39,180 nucleotides of DNA from contig NZ_JBMFOX010000012.1 of the NCBI RefSeq assembly GCF_049969415.1, forward strand, positions 1 through 39,180. The letters run 5' to 3'. Positions within the stretch are counted from its first letter, which is position 1. Each line of letters opens with the position of its first letter. The notes under the pieces are model-generated. The model was not told the origin of the DNA and did not search any database. It worked only from the letters and a program-made list of their open reading frames with translations. Source of the stretch: Candidatus Hadarchaeum sp. (GTDB lineage Archaea; Hadarchaeota; Hadarchaeia; Hadarchaeales; Hadarchaeaceae). The position numbers were made by a program, and so were the translations under genes. Positions 19,278 through 27,894 of this stretch are shown here, piece after piece.

Positions 19278-20471
19278 ATGTACGGCGACATCTTTGAAGA
19301 GGAGATGGGCAGGGACACGGTTTTTCGAGACGCCAGCAAGCTGATGCCGGAATACGTACCACAGGTGTTGGTTCATCGAGATGAGGAGTTTCGACAGCTG
19401 ACCAGGTTTTTCAAGCCGGTGCTCGAGAACCGGGCGAGTCAGCGGGTTCTGGTTACCGGGAGCGTTGGGGTCGGCAAGACGGCCCTGACGAGAAGATTTG
19501 GTGCCGAGCTCGAGAAGGCGGCGAGCGCTCGGAGGATGAGCCTGAGCTATTTGCACATCAACTGCCGCAAGGACAGAACCATCTACTCGGTGATCTCCAA
19601 GATTCTACAGCACTTCAACCCGCGGTGGCCCTACCACGGTCTTGGCCCGGAGAAGCTTCTCAATGATGTCGTTACTTATCTCAACACCCGCGATGCCTAT
19701 CTGACGGTTGCGCTCGATGAAATTGATTTCTTTGTGCAGCAGAACGGTCCAAACCTCATTTATTCCCTGACGAGGACGGCCGAGGAATCCGGCGGTCCCA
19801 ATCGCATAAGCATCATCGCGATCGCCCGCGATAAGAGCTTTCTGAGGTCTCTGGATGCAGCCACGCAGAGCACCTTCATGCACAACGTCATCTCGCTGGA
19901 CCGGTACAGCGCCTCGCAGCTGAGGGACATCTTGGCGAGCAGAGTAAATGAAGCTTTCAAGCCGGGCGTTGTCGAGGAGGACACGATTGACCTAATTGCC
20001 GATATCGCCTCCAGATGGGGTGATGCCCGCTTTGCGTTGGAGCTGCTCTGGCGTGCCGGGATGGCCGCCGATGCCGAGAATGTAAGAGCGGTTACCCCGG
20101 AGCACGCGCGGAAGGCGAAGGCGGAGGTCTATCCAGAGATTAAGCGGGAGACTTTGCAGGATCTTCAGTTGCACGAAAAACTGGTCCTGCTCGCCGTGGC
20201 CCGCAAGCTGGTCTTGTCCCAGCGAGCCTATGCCTTCACCGGGGACGTTGAGAGAACGTACCGGGTGGTCTGTGAGGAGTTCCATGAGGAGGCTCGGAAA
20301 CACACGCAGTTCTGGGAGTATCTCCAGAGGCTGGGGGCGTTGGGCTTGGTGGATATTAAGCCGTCGGGGGTGGGGCAGCGCGGCCAGAGCCTCAAGATAG
20401 GCATTCAGGAAGTGCCCGCGGAGTGGCTGGAAAAAGAGATTGAGAAGTTGATCCGAGGAAGGAAGAATTAG
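19278..20471 (+). CDS. cdc6: ORC1/Cdc6 replication initiator family protein
   Basis: L.PEYVP..LVHR, Walker A GSVGVGKT, HINC, Walker B LDEID, GDARFALELL, C-terminal winged helix. Confidence 0.93.
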   Translation: MYGDIFEEEMGRDTVFRDASKLMPEYVPQVLVHRDEEFRQLTRFFKPVLENRASQRVLVTGSVGVGKTALTRRFGAELEKAASARRMSLSYLHINCRKDRTIYSVISKILQHFNPRWPYHGLGPEKLLNDVVTYLNTRDAYLTVALDEIDFFVQQNGPNLIYSLTRTAEESGGPNRISIIAIARDKSFLRSLDAATQSTFMHNVISLDRYSASQLRDILASRVNEAFKPGVVEEDTIDLIADIASRWGDARFALELLWRAGMAADAENVRAVTPEHARKAKAEVYPEIKRETLQDLQLHEKLVLLAVARKLVLSQRAYAFTGDVERTYRVVCEEFHEEARKHTQFWEYLQRLGALGLVDIKPSGVGQRGQSLKIGIQEVPAEWLEKEIEKLIRGRKN

Positions 20472-20479
20472 TTTCAAGC

Positions 20480-20487
20480 TTTTTATC
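20480..20487 (+). promoter_or_regulatory. TATA box of the tRNA-Pro gene
   Basis: AAGC-TTTTTATC about 25 nt upstream of the tRNA 5' end. Confidence 0.55.
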
Positions 20488-20509
20488 GTAAAATACTAAG
20501 TTTGGTTTC

Positions 20510-20631
20510 GGGGTCGTGGGGTAGCTTGGTCTATCCTTCTGGCTTAAGGTCCTCGCGTGACCTGCCGAACGGGGCTTAGACCATAAGCGTAAAAGCCAGA
20601 GACCCGAGTTCGAATCTCGGCGACCCCACCA
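20510..20631 (+). tRNA. tRNA-Pro(CGG) with two introns (33/34: 20546-20569; 37/38: 20574-20593)
   Basis: Acceptor stem GGGGTCG/CGACCCC plus ACCA; archaeal Pro-type D arm GGGTAGCTTGGTCTATCC; anticodon stem CTGGC/GCCAG; T arm CCGAG-TTCGAAT-CTCGG. Removing two BHB-bounded segments gives loop TT-CGG-GA and a 78-nt mature tRNA. Confidence 0.85.
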
Positions 20632-20820
20632 CTATCTCCTGGAACTTCTGCGCCTCAGCGGCTTGATGCGGTTCAGCCTCCGCAGCAGCAGCCACAGGAT
20701 CACTGCAATGATGACGTAGATGATCCCTTTGATCATGTTCCACAGAAATGATTCCAAGAGTGTCATCCGGATTTCGCTTGAGGCCAAAAGCAAGACCAGC
20801 AGAACCGAAAGTGCAGGCAA
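20632..20820 (-). CDS. Putative small membrane protein (about 62 aa) with a basic C-terminus
   Basis: TTG start after GGGGAG, with TATA-like TTTAAAA about 27 nt upstream. Hydrophobic segment IIYVIIAVILWLLL followed by RRLNRIKPLRRRSSRR. Alternative ATG at 20766. Confidence 0.4.
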   Translation of the reverse strand: MPALSVLLVLLLASSEIRMTLLESFLWNMIKGIIYVIIAVILWLLLRRLNRIKPLRRRSSRR

Positions 20821-20887
20821 CCTCTCCCCGGAATTACTAACCCACCGTTTTAAATAATTGTTTGAAGTATTATCCTGAGGGGATTTT

Positions 20888-21931
20888 TTGAAATCGAGCA
20901 GCAGGCTGAAGGTGGCCGAGGACCTCACCGGGGCTATAGGCAACACGCCGATAATCAAAATGAAAAAGATCGCAAAAGCCTTCAAGGTACCGGATCTAGA
21001 GCTTTTCGGAAAAGCCGAGTTTATGAACCCCTCAGGCAGCCTTAAGGACAGGATACTGTTTAAAATTCTGAGCAGCGCGATTGAAAAGGGTCAGCTCAAG
21101 AGGGGCATGACTATCATAGAGAGTACGACCGGGAACACCGGCATCGCCACTTCCATGATGGGTGCCCTGTTTGGTTTTCCCGTGGTCATTGTGATGCCTG
21201 CAGGCATGAGTGAGGAAAGGAAGAAGACCATGAGGATCTTTGGGGCCGAGATCGTGGAGGTGCCCGGTGCCGAATCTGACGTTGACTTGGCCCTAAACAA
21301 GGTGAAGGAACTCATTAAAAGGAATCCTAAAAAGTACTTTTTCGTGAACCAGTTCAACAACCCGGAGAATGTTCAGGCCCATTATGAGACCACCGCTCCC
21401 GAGATCTGGGAGCAGCTGCATGGCAGACTGGACGCCTTTGTCGCTACCGCGGGGACAGGGGGTACCATCACAGGGGTGGGAAGATATCTGAAGGAGAAGA
21501 ACCCAAAGATCAAGATATATCTGGTCGAGCCGTCCGAATGTCCGGTCTTGTCAAAGCAGCGCTGGGGAACGCATCAGATTGAAGGCATCGGCGATGGTTT
21601 CATCCCATCAATTATGGATATCTCCATACTGGACGGTGTTATTCTGGTGGATTCCAAGACCGCTATTGAGATGACGCGGAGGCTGGCCCGTGAGGAAGGG
21701 CTGTTTGTCGGAATCTCAAGCGGCGCCAACGTTAAAGCCTGCTTGGAACTGCATAAAAGGCATCCGGAGTTGAAACGCATCGTTACTATGCTTAACGATC
21801 ACGGCTACCGCTACTTCTCAACGGCTGTTTTCGGGAAGGTCAAGAAAGTTGAGATACCGGAGCGGCCGCACCCGATCGAGATCACGCCCGAGCAGATTAA
21901 AATTCTTTCCAGGCTAGAGATCATTGAATAA
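20888..21931 (+). CDS. cysK: PLP-dependent cysteine synthase family protein
   Basis: IGNTPII, KAEFMNPSGSLKDR (PLP lysine), ESTTGNTG, NQFNNPEN, GTGGT, HQIEGIG, EEGLFVGISSGAN. Confidence 0.85.
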   Translation: MKSSSRLKVAEDLTGAIGNTPIIKMKKIAKAFKVPDLELFGKAEFMNPSGSLKDRILFKILSSAIEKGQLKRGMTIIESTTGNTGIATSMMGALFGFPVVIVMPAGMSEERKKTMRIFGAEIVEVPGAESDVDLALNKVKELIKRNPKKYFFVNQFNNPENVQAHYETTAPEIWEQLHGRLDAFVATAGTGGTITGVGRYLKEKNPKIKIYLVEPSECPVLSKQRWGTHQIEGIGDGFIPSIMDISILDGVILVDSKTAIEMTRRLAREEGLFVGISSGANVKACLELHKRHPELKRIVTMLNDHGYRYFSTAVFGKVKKVEIPERPHPIEITPEQIKILSRLEIIE

Positions 21932-22012
21932 TCGAATTTTCAGCGGGTATGGGATGGAGCTGTCAAGATACTTATTTAGAGTAGATGGGCAGAACTTTAA
22001 AAGGTGGTGAAT

Positions 22013-22354
22013 TTGAGAGGGGACAGACTCACCGAATCCCTGCGAACGTTTCTCGAGAAGGGCAGCGACTGGGAGAGAAAACCGACATCGCTCCCGGGAG
22101 TTTTCATCGTCAAGCTTCCGCCCTATGGAAAATCACCGACCAGGCTGGTAGCGGAAATAAATCCCGTCGATTCTTCAGGTAAACCGTCCCGAAGGAGAGG
22201 CTTTATCATTCGAAATTCCGATGAGTTTATCAAGATCAGGGAGTTGTTTGCCGACGATAAACTTGCTGATCTCCTCAGAGGGATGGACGAGGTCAACCCG
22301 AAGGGTCCGGAGAGACCTAAACCTAAGCCCGCTGAAGAGATCATAGAGATCTGA
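22013..22354 (+). CDS. Hypothetical protein, possibly PC4/Whirly-like ssDNA-binding
   Basis: Clean ORF with SD GGTGGTGA, ending 7 nt before the helicase start. Segment LVAEINPVDSSGKPSRRRGFII resembles the PC4 pattern. GTG 22004 is an alternative start. Confidence 0.7.
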   Translation: MRGDRLTESLRTFLEKGSDWERKPTSLPGVFIVKLPPYGKSPTRLVAEINPVDSSGKPSRRRGFIIRNSDEFIKIRELFADDKLADLLRGMDEVNPKGPERPKPKPAEEIIEI

Positions 22355-22361
22355 TCTTTCA

Positions 22362-24476
22362 ATGTCGGTCGTTAATCCCTTGGTCCGGGCCGAGGCCCTA
22401 GAGGCGCGGGCCTATCAACTTAGGATTGCAGAAGAAGCGATAAAGAGGAACACCCTCGTGGTCCTCCCCACTGCATTGGGAAAGACGGTCATCGCCGCTT
22501 TGGTGGCAGCCCATTTTCTCTATAACTACCGTGATCTGAAAGTTTTGGTGATGGCTCCGACCCGGCCGCTGGTTCTGCAGCACCGCGACACCTTCCTGAG
22601 ACTGCTGAAGCTCCGACCGGATGATGTTCAGGTACTTACGGGCAAATACGATCCGGAGTACAGGTTGCAGGCCTGGCAGGGTAAGTCGAGAATCTACTTT
22701 GCCACGCCGCAGGTGGTGAACAACGATCACAGCCTCGGAATGAGCCTCAAAGACTTCAGCCTTCTGATCTTTGATGAATGTCACCGGGCCAGAAAGAATT
22801 ATGCGTACACGCGGGTGGCTCAGGCCTACATAAGCGAGGCCCCCTACCCCATGATTTTGGGGCTTACCGCCAGCCCTGGGGCCGACCGGGAGAAGATTGA
22901 GGAGATATCCAAGGCTCTCTACATCGAGCATATCGAGGCCAGAACTGAGGAGGATGAGGACGTCAGTCCCTATGTCAACCCGGTCGCCGTGGAGTGGAAG
23001 CTGGTTCGTCTGCCTGAGTCCCACCGGGCGGTCGAGAGAACCATCAGGCGCATGCTGGACGATAGACTGCAGAGATTGTCCGCTATGGGGGTAATAAGAA
23101 AAAATCCAAAATACATCTTTCGATCGGACCTGCTGGAGGCCGGGGAAGCCCTCAGGGTCAGGCTGGAGCAGACTCCGTCCCCAGAGGAACGAGGGCCGCT
23201 TTTTGCCGCCTTGGTTTTACAGTCCTCGGCCCTGACGCTTTACCACGCGCTGGAGCTATTGGAAAGCCAGGGGCCGCAGACCTTGAAACTTTTTTTAGAG
23301 AGGATAAAAAGCAGCGGTAAGGCGGGGCACAGGGCGATAGTCTCCGAGCTGGTTTTTAATGGAGTTTACCGGGTTCTCGAATCCAGTGATCTTGAAGATC
23401 ATCCTAAGGTGGAGGCTCTGGAGAAGCTGGTGCTGGAACAGCTGTCCTCCAACCCATCTTCCCGAATAATTGTTTTCACCCAATACCGCGACACCTCGGC
23501 TTACTTGGCGGCGAGGCTGTCCAAGCTAGGGGTGACGGTGGTGAGGTTCGTGGGACAGGCCGACCGCGGTCAGGATTTAGGCTTGACCCAAGACCAGCAA
23601 TCTTTGCTCTTGGATAGGTTCAGATCGGGTGATATCAAGGTCTTAGTGGCCACCAGCATCGGTGAGGAGGGCCTGGACATACCCAGCGTTGATCTGGTGG
23701 TTTTCTACGAGCCGGTGCCCAGCGAGATCAGGTACATCCAAAGGAAGGGAAGAACCGGCCGGAGGAGCTTTGGCCGGGTCGTCATTCTCGCTACGGAGGG
23801 CACGCTGGATGTCAACTACTTGGTGGCCAGCAGGAGGATGGCAGAGAGAATGAAAAAGATGGTAAAGGAGCTGAACTCGGAACTCCACCCCATTATCCGC
23901 TTGGGACCGGCTCCGGAGAAAAAACCGATTCCCGCCGACTGGATAGCCAGAGCGGAGCTACCACCGTCCTCCCCGGAAACAGCCGCGACTACTTTTGAAG
24001 CCGAGCTGGAGTCAGTAGAAAAGGAGAGGCGGGCGAAGTTCAACCGGGAGCTCAGGGAAACTGCCAGACGGGTTTTGAATTCAGTCCTAACTGCTGGCAA
24101 AAACGGGTTGCCCTTCGAGGAGCTCTGCACCGAGCTTGAGGAGGAGGGAAGAAACCCCGTCGCAATCAGATCGGCCGTGGAAAGGCTCCGGGCAGAGGGC
24201 CAGCTGATGAAAAAGGAAGGAAGGTTGTTCCCCGCCGGCGTCGAGGCAGAGATTCCGGGAGCCAGGCGCCATGTTTTTGAGGTTCTGAGGGTGCAGCTGG
24301 GTGAAGCCATCTTGCGCGTTGACGACAGCTTTAACGCAATCCTGCTTTCAGCCGATTACAACGGGCCCAGAGAGCTCCTCCGCCGGGGGAATAGGTTCAG
24401 CGCAATTTCAGAAATTTATGAAAATGATAAGGCGCGGCATGTCCGGATATATGCCGTTGAAGAGCTCTCAGACTAG
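22362..24476 (+). CDS. Hef/Mph1/FANCM-family DEAH-box helicase lacking a recognisable ERCC4 nuclease domain
   Basis: RAYQ, LPTALGKT, APTRPLVLQH, FDECHRA..NYAY, GLTASPG, IVFTQYRD, RFVGQA, ATSIGEEGLDIP, YEPVPSEIRYIQRKGRTGR. Confidence 0.9.
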   Translation: MSVVNPLVRAEALEARAYQLRIAEEAIKRNTLVVLPTALGKTVIAALVAAHFLYNYRDLKVLVMAPTRPLVLQHRDTFLRLLKLRPDDVQVLTGKYDPEYRLQAWQGKSRIYFATPQVVNNDHSLGMSLKDFSLLIFDECHRARKNYAYTRVAQAYISEAPYPMILGLTASPGADREKIEEISKALYIEHIEARTEEDEDVSPYVNPVAVEWKLVRLPESHRAVERTIRRMLDDRLQRLSAMGVIRKNPKYIFRSDLLEAGEALRVRLEQTPSPEERGPLFAALVLQSSALTLYHALELLESQGPQTLKLFLERIKSSGKAGHRAIVSELVFNGVYRVLESSDLEDHPKVEALEKLVLEQLSSNPSSRIIVFTQYRDTSAYLAARLSKLGVTVVRFVGQADRGQDLGLTQDQQSLLLDRFRSGDIKVLVATSIGEEGLDIPSVDLVVFYEPVPSEIRYIQRKGRTGRRSFGRVVILATEGTLDVNYLVASRRMAERMKKMVKELNSELHPIIRLGPAPEKKPIPADWIARAELPPSSPETAATTFEAELESVEKERRAKFNRELRETARRVLNSVLTAGKNGLPFEELCTELEEEGRNPVAIRSAVERLRAEGQLMKKEGRLFPAGVEAEIPGARRHVFEVLRVQLGEAILRVDDSFNAILLSADYNGPRELLRRGNRFSAISEIYENDKARHVRIYAVEELSD

Positions 24477-25849
24477 CCGCGGCGGTTCTGACCCGATTTC
24501 CTGATGATTCCTCTGGCCGCGAGCAAACCCGTCGCCGCGGCGGTGACAATCCCTCTGGAGAGACCAGCCCCGTCGCCTGCCACGAAGAGGTTGGGGACGC
24601 TTGTCTCCATATTCTGGTCGACGTTTATCTGCATGGCGTAGAGCTTGACTTCGGGAGCGTAAAGCAGCGTGGAGTCGGAGGCAACTCCCGGGACCACCTT
24701 GTCCAGACGTTCCAGCCCTTCGATGATGTCGGTCACGATTCTACCGGGCAGGGCCATCGAGATGTCTCCGGGCGTGACGCTTTTGAGGGTCGGGACCACG
24801 TGCCCTCTTTCGATCCTCTCCCAGGTCGAGCGTCTTCCCGCGCGGAGATCGCCCATGCGCTGGAGCAAGGGCCGCCCGCCACCTATTGTGGTCGCGAGAT
24901 AGGCGATGGACCTACCGTAGGCGTTGGTATCGGTGACCGGCTGGGTGAGTCCTACGTGAACTAGGAAGGCGAAATTGGTGTTTTTGGATTTCTTATTACG
25001 CAGTGATTGTCCGTTTACCCCGACGTGGTCGTCGTAGCGTTCTTCCATCACCCACCCTTCAGCGTTCGTGCAGAAGGTACGGACGAAGTCGTCGAAAGTT
25101 TTTGTTTGGATGTGGAATTTCGGATCCCGGTTCACCCTGACCACCGGTTCGTAGACCACCGCCGGCACTTCCACCCTGACCCCGATGTCTACGGGGAGAT
25201 GGGTTAGTTTGAGGCCCAAGGACTTTGCCTGCGCAGCGAACCAGTCGGCACCAACCCTGCCGGGTGCGGCTAGGATATACTCAGTTTTCACAGCAGTACT
25301 GTTGATGATGACCTTGCCCTGTCCGATGCTCTCGACCCTTGTGTTCAGCAGGATCTTGACCCCGCGCTTTTCAAGTTTTTGTCTGATTGAGTTGATCACG
25401 GCCGGAAGATATTCACTGCCGATGTGCCGCTGGGGAATAGGTATAAATCTGATACCTGCGGCGGCTGCCTTTCTAGCCAGCTCCTCAGCGCCGGCCGAGT
25501 CCTCCCCGTAAATTTCTTTCGGGGCACCATTTTCCACAAAAATTTCATCGACCTCCTTTACCAGTGCTTCGGCTTTTTCCACGCTTTTGGTGAGCTTGCT
25601 CAGGTCACCCCCGATGTCATACCTGAGGTTTAGGATACCGCTCGACATCCCGCCCGCACCGCCCAGTCCGGACATTATGTGGCAGGGCACACAACCGATG
25701 CATTTTCCCGTCTTGGTCGCCGGGCAGTACCTCCTGTTGATGTCGTTTCCCCAGTCAACTACAGTTACTGATAATTTTGATTTCCTGGACAGCTCGTAGG
25801 CGGCGAAAAGTCCCGCCGGTCCCGCTCCGATTATAATAACGTCTGTCGT
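24473..25849 (-). CDS. FAD-dependent oxidoreductase (COG2509-like) with an N-terminal Cys cluster; start appears to be non-canonical ACG
   Basis: The frame stays open upstream of the ORF-track start through CP..C..C.PC to the Rossmann motif DVIIIGAGPAGL. Also GLGGAG, VRTFC, LYAPEVK, AGDGAGLSRGI. Confidence 0.85.
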   Translation of the reverse strand, partial: TTDVIIIGAGPAGLFAAYELSRKSKLSVTVVDWGNDINRRYCPATKTGKCIGCVPCHIMSGLGGAGGMSSGILNLRYDIGGDLSKLTKSVEKAEALVKEVDEIFVENGAPKEIYGEDSAGAEELARKAAAAGIRFIPIPQRHIGSEYLPAVINSIRQKLEKRGVKILLNTRVESIGQGKVIINSTAVKTEYILAAPGRVGADWFAAQAKSLGLKLTHLPVDIGVRVEVPAVVYEPVVRVNRDPKFHIQTKTFDDFVRTFCTNAEGWVMEERYDDHVGVNGQSLRNKKSKNTNFAFLVHVGLTQPVTDTNAYGRSIAYLATTIGGGRPLLQRMGDLRAGRRSTWERIERGHVVPTLKSVTPGDISMALPGRIVTDIIEGLERLDKVVPGVASDSTLLYAPEVKLYAMQINVDQNMETSVPNLFVAGDGAGLSRGIVTAAATGLLAARGIIRKSGQNRRG

Positions 25850-25915
25850 CTTATCCCCCGATGTTTAACTCCGCCATTTTATAAAAGCCTTTTCAGTTGA
25901 TTTTACCTTTTGCCC

Positions 25916-26689
25916 TCATCTGAGCGTCTTGATTTTTCCCAAGAAAGTTCCGTCGAGCAGGTAGGCCTCGGCCTCGTCCAGCTTCACCGCGCCGGAGCGG
26001 AAGAGGGGCCCGATCAACTCCTTGGGCAGATCACGGTTGAGGACCGCACCCCCGACGAGTTCGCTGAAGGCCGGGACCACGATTAACTTAGGTAGCCTCC
26101 GGCCGGAAGGCGGGAGCAGCTTTTTGGGTAGTTTCTTTGGGTTCAGCTCTGCCCGAAGCCAGACGGGCTCGATTGACCTGCCACCGAGTTCATCCCTAAA
26201 CTCTATTGCTGGGTGGTTGTGCCCGGCGATGATAAGTTCAGTGTCGACGAGCTCCGGGGCCGGCCAAGTGTGTCCGTGCATCAGCCCCACCTTTTTCCTT
26301 TTTCCCAGGACAATTCCGTGCGGGTCGTGGATGGTGACCTCACGCGGCACCATACCTTCCAAGTCACCATCATGATTTCCTCTCACAATGTCAACTTTTA
26401 CCAGTCGGGCCAGCTTCTCAAATAATCCAGGCAGCTCACGCCATTCGTGCCAGGTCGTTTCAGGGACGTTGTGTTTGACGTCGCCCAGGATTATCAGGCG
26501 GGAGGCTCCCTTCCACTCAATGAGCGAGATCAGTCTTGCCTTCAGCGCTGGTATCTGACCGGGCAGGGAGATGCCCTTTTCTGCCAGTTCATGTTCGATG
26601 CCCAAGTGCAGGTCGGAGATCACGATTGTCTTCTCTTCCCCCTGCTTCAGCATGAGCGCCGGTGTCCCGCAGATGGGAACTGCTTTCAT
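25916..26689 (-). CDS. Metallophosphoesterase (calcineurin-like, COG1407-type)
   Basis: SDLHLG, LGDVKH, RGNHDG, MHGH, AGHNHP, VPAFSEL.GG. Confidence 0.9.
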   Translation of the reverse strand: MKAVPICGTPALMLKQGEEKTIVISDLHLGIEHELAEKGISLPGQIPALKARLISLIEWKGASRLIILGDVKHNVPETTWHEWRELPGLFEKLARLVKVDIVRGNHDGDLEGMVPREVTIHDPHGIVLGKRKKVGLMHGHTWPAPELVDTELIIAGHNHPAIEFRDELGGRSIEPVWLRAELNPKKLPKKLLPPSGRRLPKLIVVPAFSELVGGAVLNRDLPKELIGPLFRSGAVKLDEAEAYLLDGTFLGKIKTLR

Positions 26690-26756
26690 AAATCTAAATA
26701 TCTTTGCCGAAGTTATAGCTCTATTGAACTTTCAGTTGTTTTGCTTCGCTGATTCT

Positions 26757-27830
26757 TCAGCAATTTTGGTTTTCGAACTTGAACCTTAGGAATGCGGCGA
26801 TTCCACCCAACGCCAGCAGCTGTTTTCCGGCATCGTGCTCCGTACTTATCACGAGGACCTCGGCCCTTGTCTTTCTTGCCCTTTCCAGTATTTTTGAGAC
26901 GTTCTCCTGGTTTGACCTCAGCAATTCGTCGGCTACCAGAAGCCTTTCAACCGCCCCGGCGTCAACCGCTCGCTCCACTTCGTTTATCCCGTAGGTTGCC
27001 AGCCCTTCTTTGGCAATCTCGCCCATAAACTGTTCCATCAGCGAAGTCTCCAGTGAAAGCCGGTCTTCCTTTGAAACATACTCAACCAATCCCCGCCGCA
27101 CTATTTCATAGAGCCCAGCGCCCCCCCCGTAGCTTGCGTCACCGAGCCTAATGTCTTTGGCCAGTTCCGGAAAATTTTCCCGCAAAAAGGAAGCGAAGCT
27201 GTCCTTGGTGAACCCTGGTCCGGCCACGATGGTTGTCTTTATGTTTTCCCTAGAAGTGACATCTTTAATGGCTTCGGCCAAGCGGTGGAAAAATTTTTTC
27301 TCGTCGGCTTCATTTTCAACAGAGTATCTTTTTCCAGCGCGCGGGCGCGTGATGGTGCCGATTTCATCCAAGCCGTACTGTCTCACCACGGCCAGATCAG
27401 CCGAAGAGTCATCGATAGCGACGAGCAAGACCCGAGGCCGATGGGCAGCCTTGACCGCCTCCTGGACCCTTCGAAGATCCTCGGGGTTCCATTCTTTGGT
27501 GATGGTCAGGACTGAGCCCAGTTCGAAGCTGAAGGAATGATGTTTTCCTGTGTCCGGACCTTCTACTATTTTTCCTAGGACGCGCAAGCGGTTGCTGTGT
27601 TTATGGAATTCAACGTTTTCCACCTGAATCGAGAGCGTGACCGGTATTTTTTCCATCCTCTCAGGTCGGATTTTGTCACCCGTTTCCTGTTCCCTTCGAA
27701 AAGTGGTAGCCGTGACGATGTCTCCTTGGCGGATCAGATGTTGCAGGTGCCAGAGGTCGTCCAAAGTTTCCAGCGCCAGCTTGATTTTTCCGTGCTTCAA
27801 ATCTTTATGGATGATCTTCAAATTCATCAC
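26757..27830 (-). CDS. pelA: mRNA surveillance protein Pelota (aDom34)
   Basis: ETLDDLWHL, RLRVLGKI, GKHHS, VAGPGFTK, ATYG..EV, GAVERLLVAD, LGGIAAFLRF. Start is GTG 27830 or ATG 27827. Confidence 0.94.
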   Translation of the reverse strand: MMNLKIIHKDLKHGKIKLALETLDDLWHLQHLIRQGDIVTATTFRREQETGDKIRPERMEKIPVTLSIQVENVEFHKHSNRLRVLGKIVEGPDTGKHHSFSFELGSVLTITKEWNPEDLRRVQEAVKAAHRPRVLLVAIDDSSADLAVVRQYGLDEIGTITRPRAGKRYSVENEADEKKFFHRLAEAIKDVTSRENIKTTIVAGPGFTKDSFASFLRENFPELAKDIRLGDASYGGGAGLYEIVRRGLVEYVSKEDRLSLETSLMEQFMGEIAKEGLATYGINEVERAVDAGAVERLLVADELLRSNQENVSKILERARKTRAEVLVISTEHDAGKQLLALGGIAAFLRFKFENQNC

Positions 27831-27894
27831 TCAGGTGTCTTCCCGTTCCGCAAATGATTTTATGTCCGGTGGTTTAAACTTGGTGAGGGATTTT

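Noticed and set aside
20544-20594. tRNA with AAG (Leu) anticodon and one 37/38 intron, or a recoding Pro/Leu chimera
   Set aside because: No BHB helix forms (TTAA versus CGTA), there is no long Leu variable arm, and the two-intron CGG model explains every nucleotide.
19278-20631. Integrated element (cdc6 next to a tRNA)
   Set aside because: No integrase and no duplicate of the tRNA 3' end were seen in the window.
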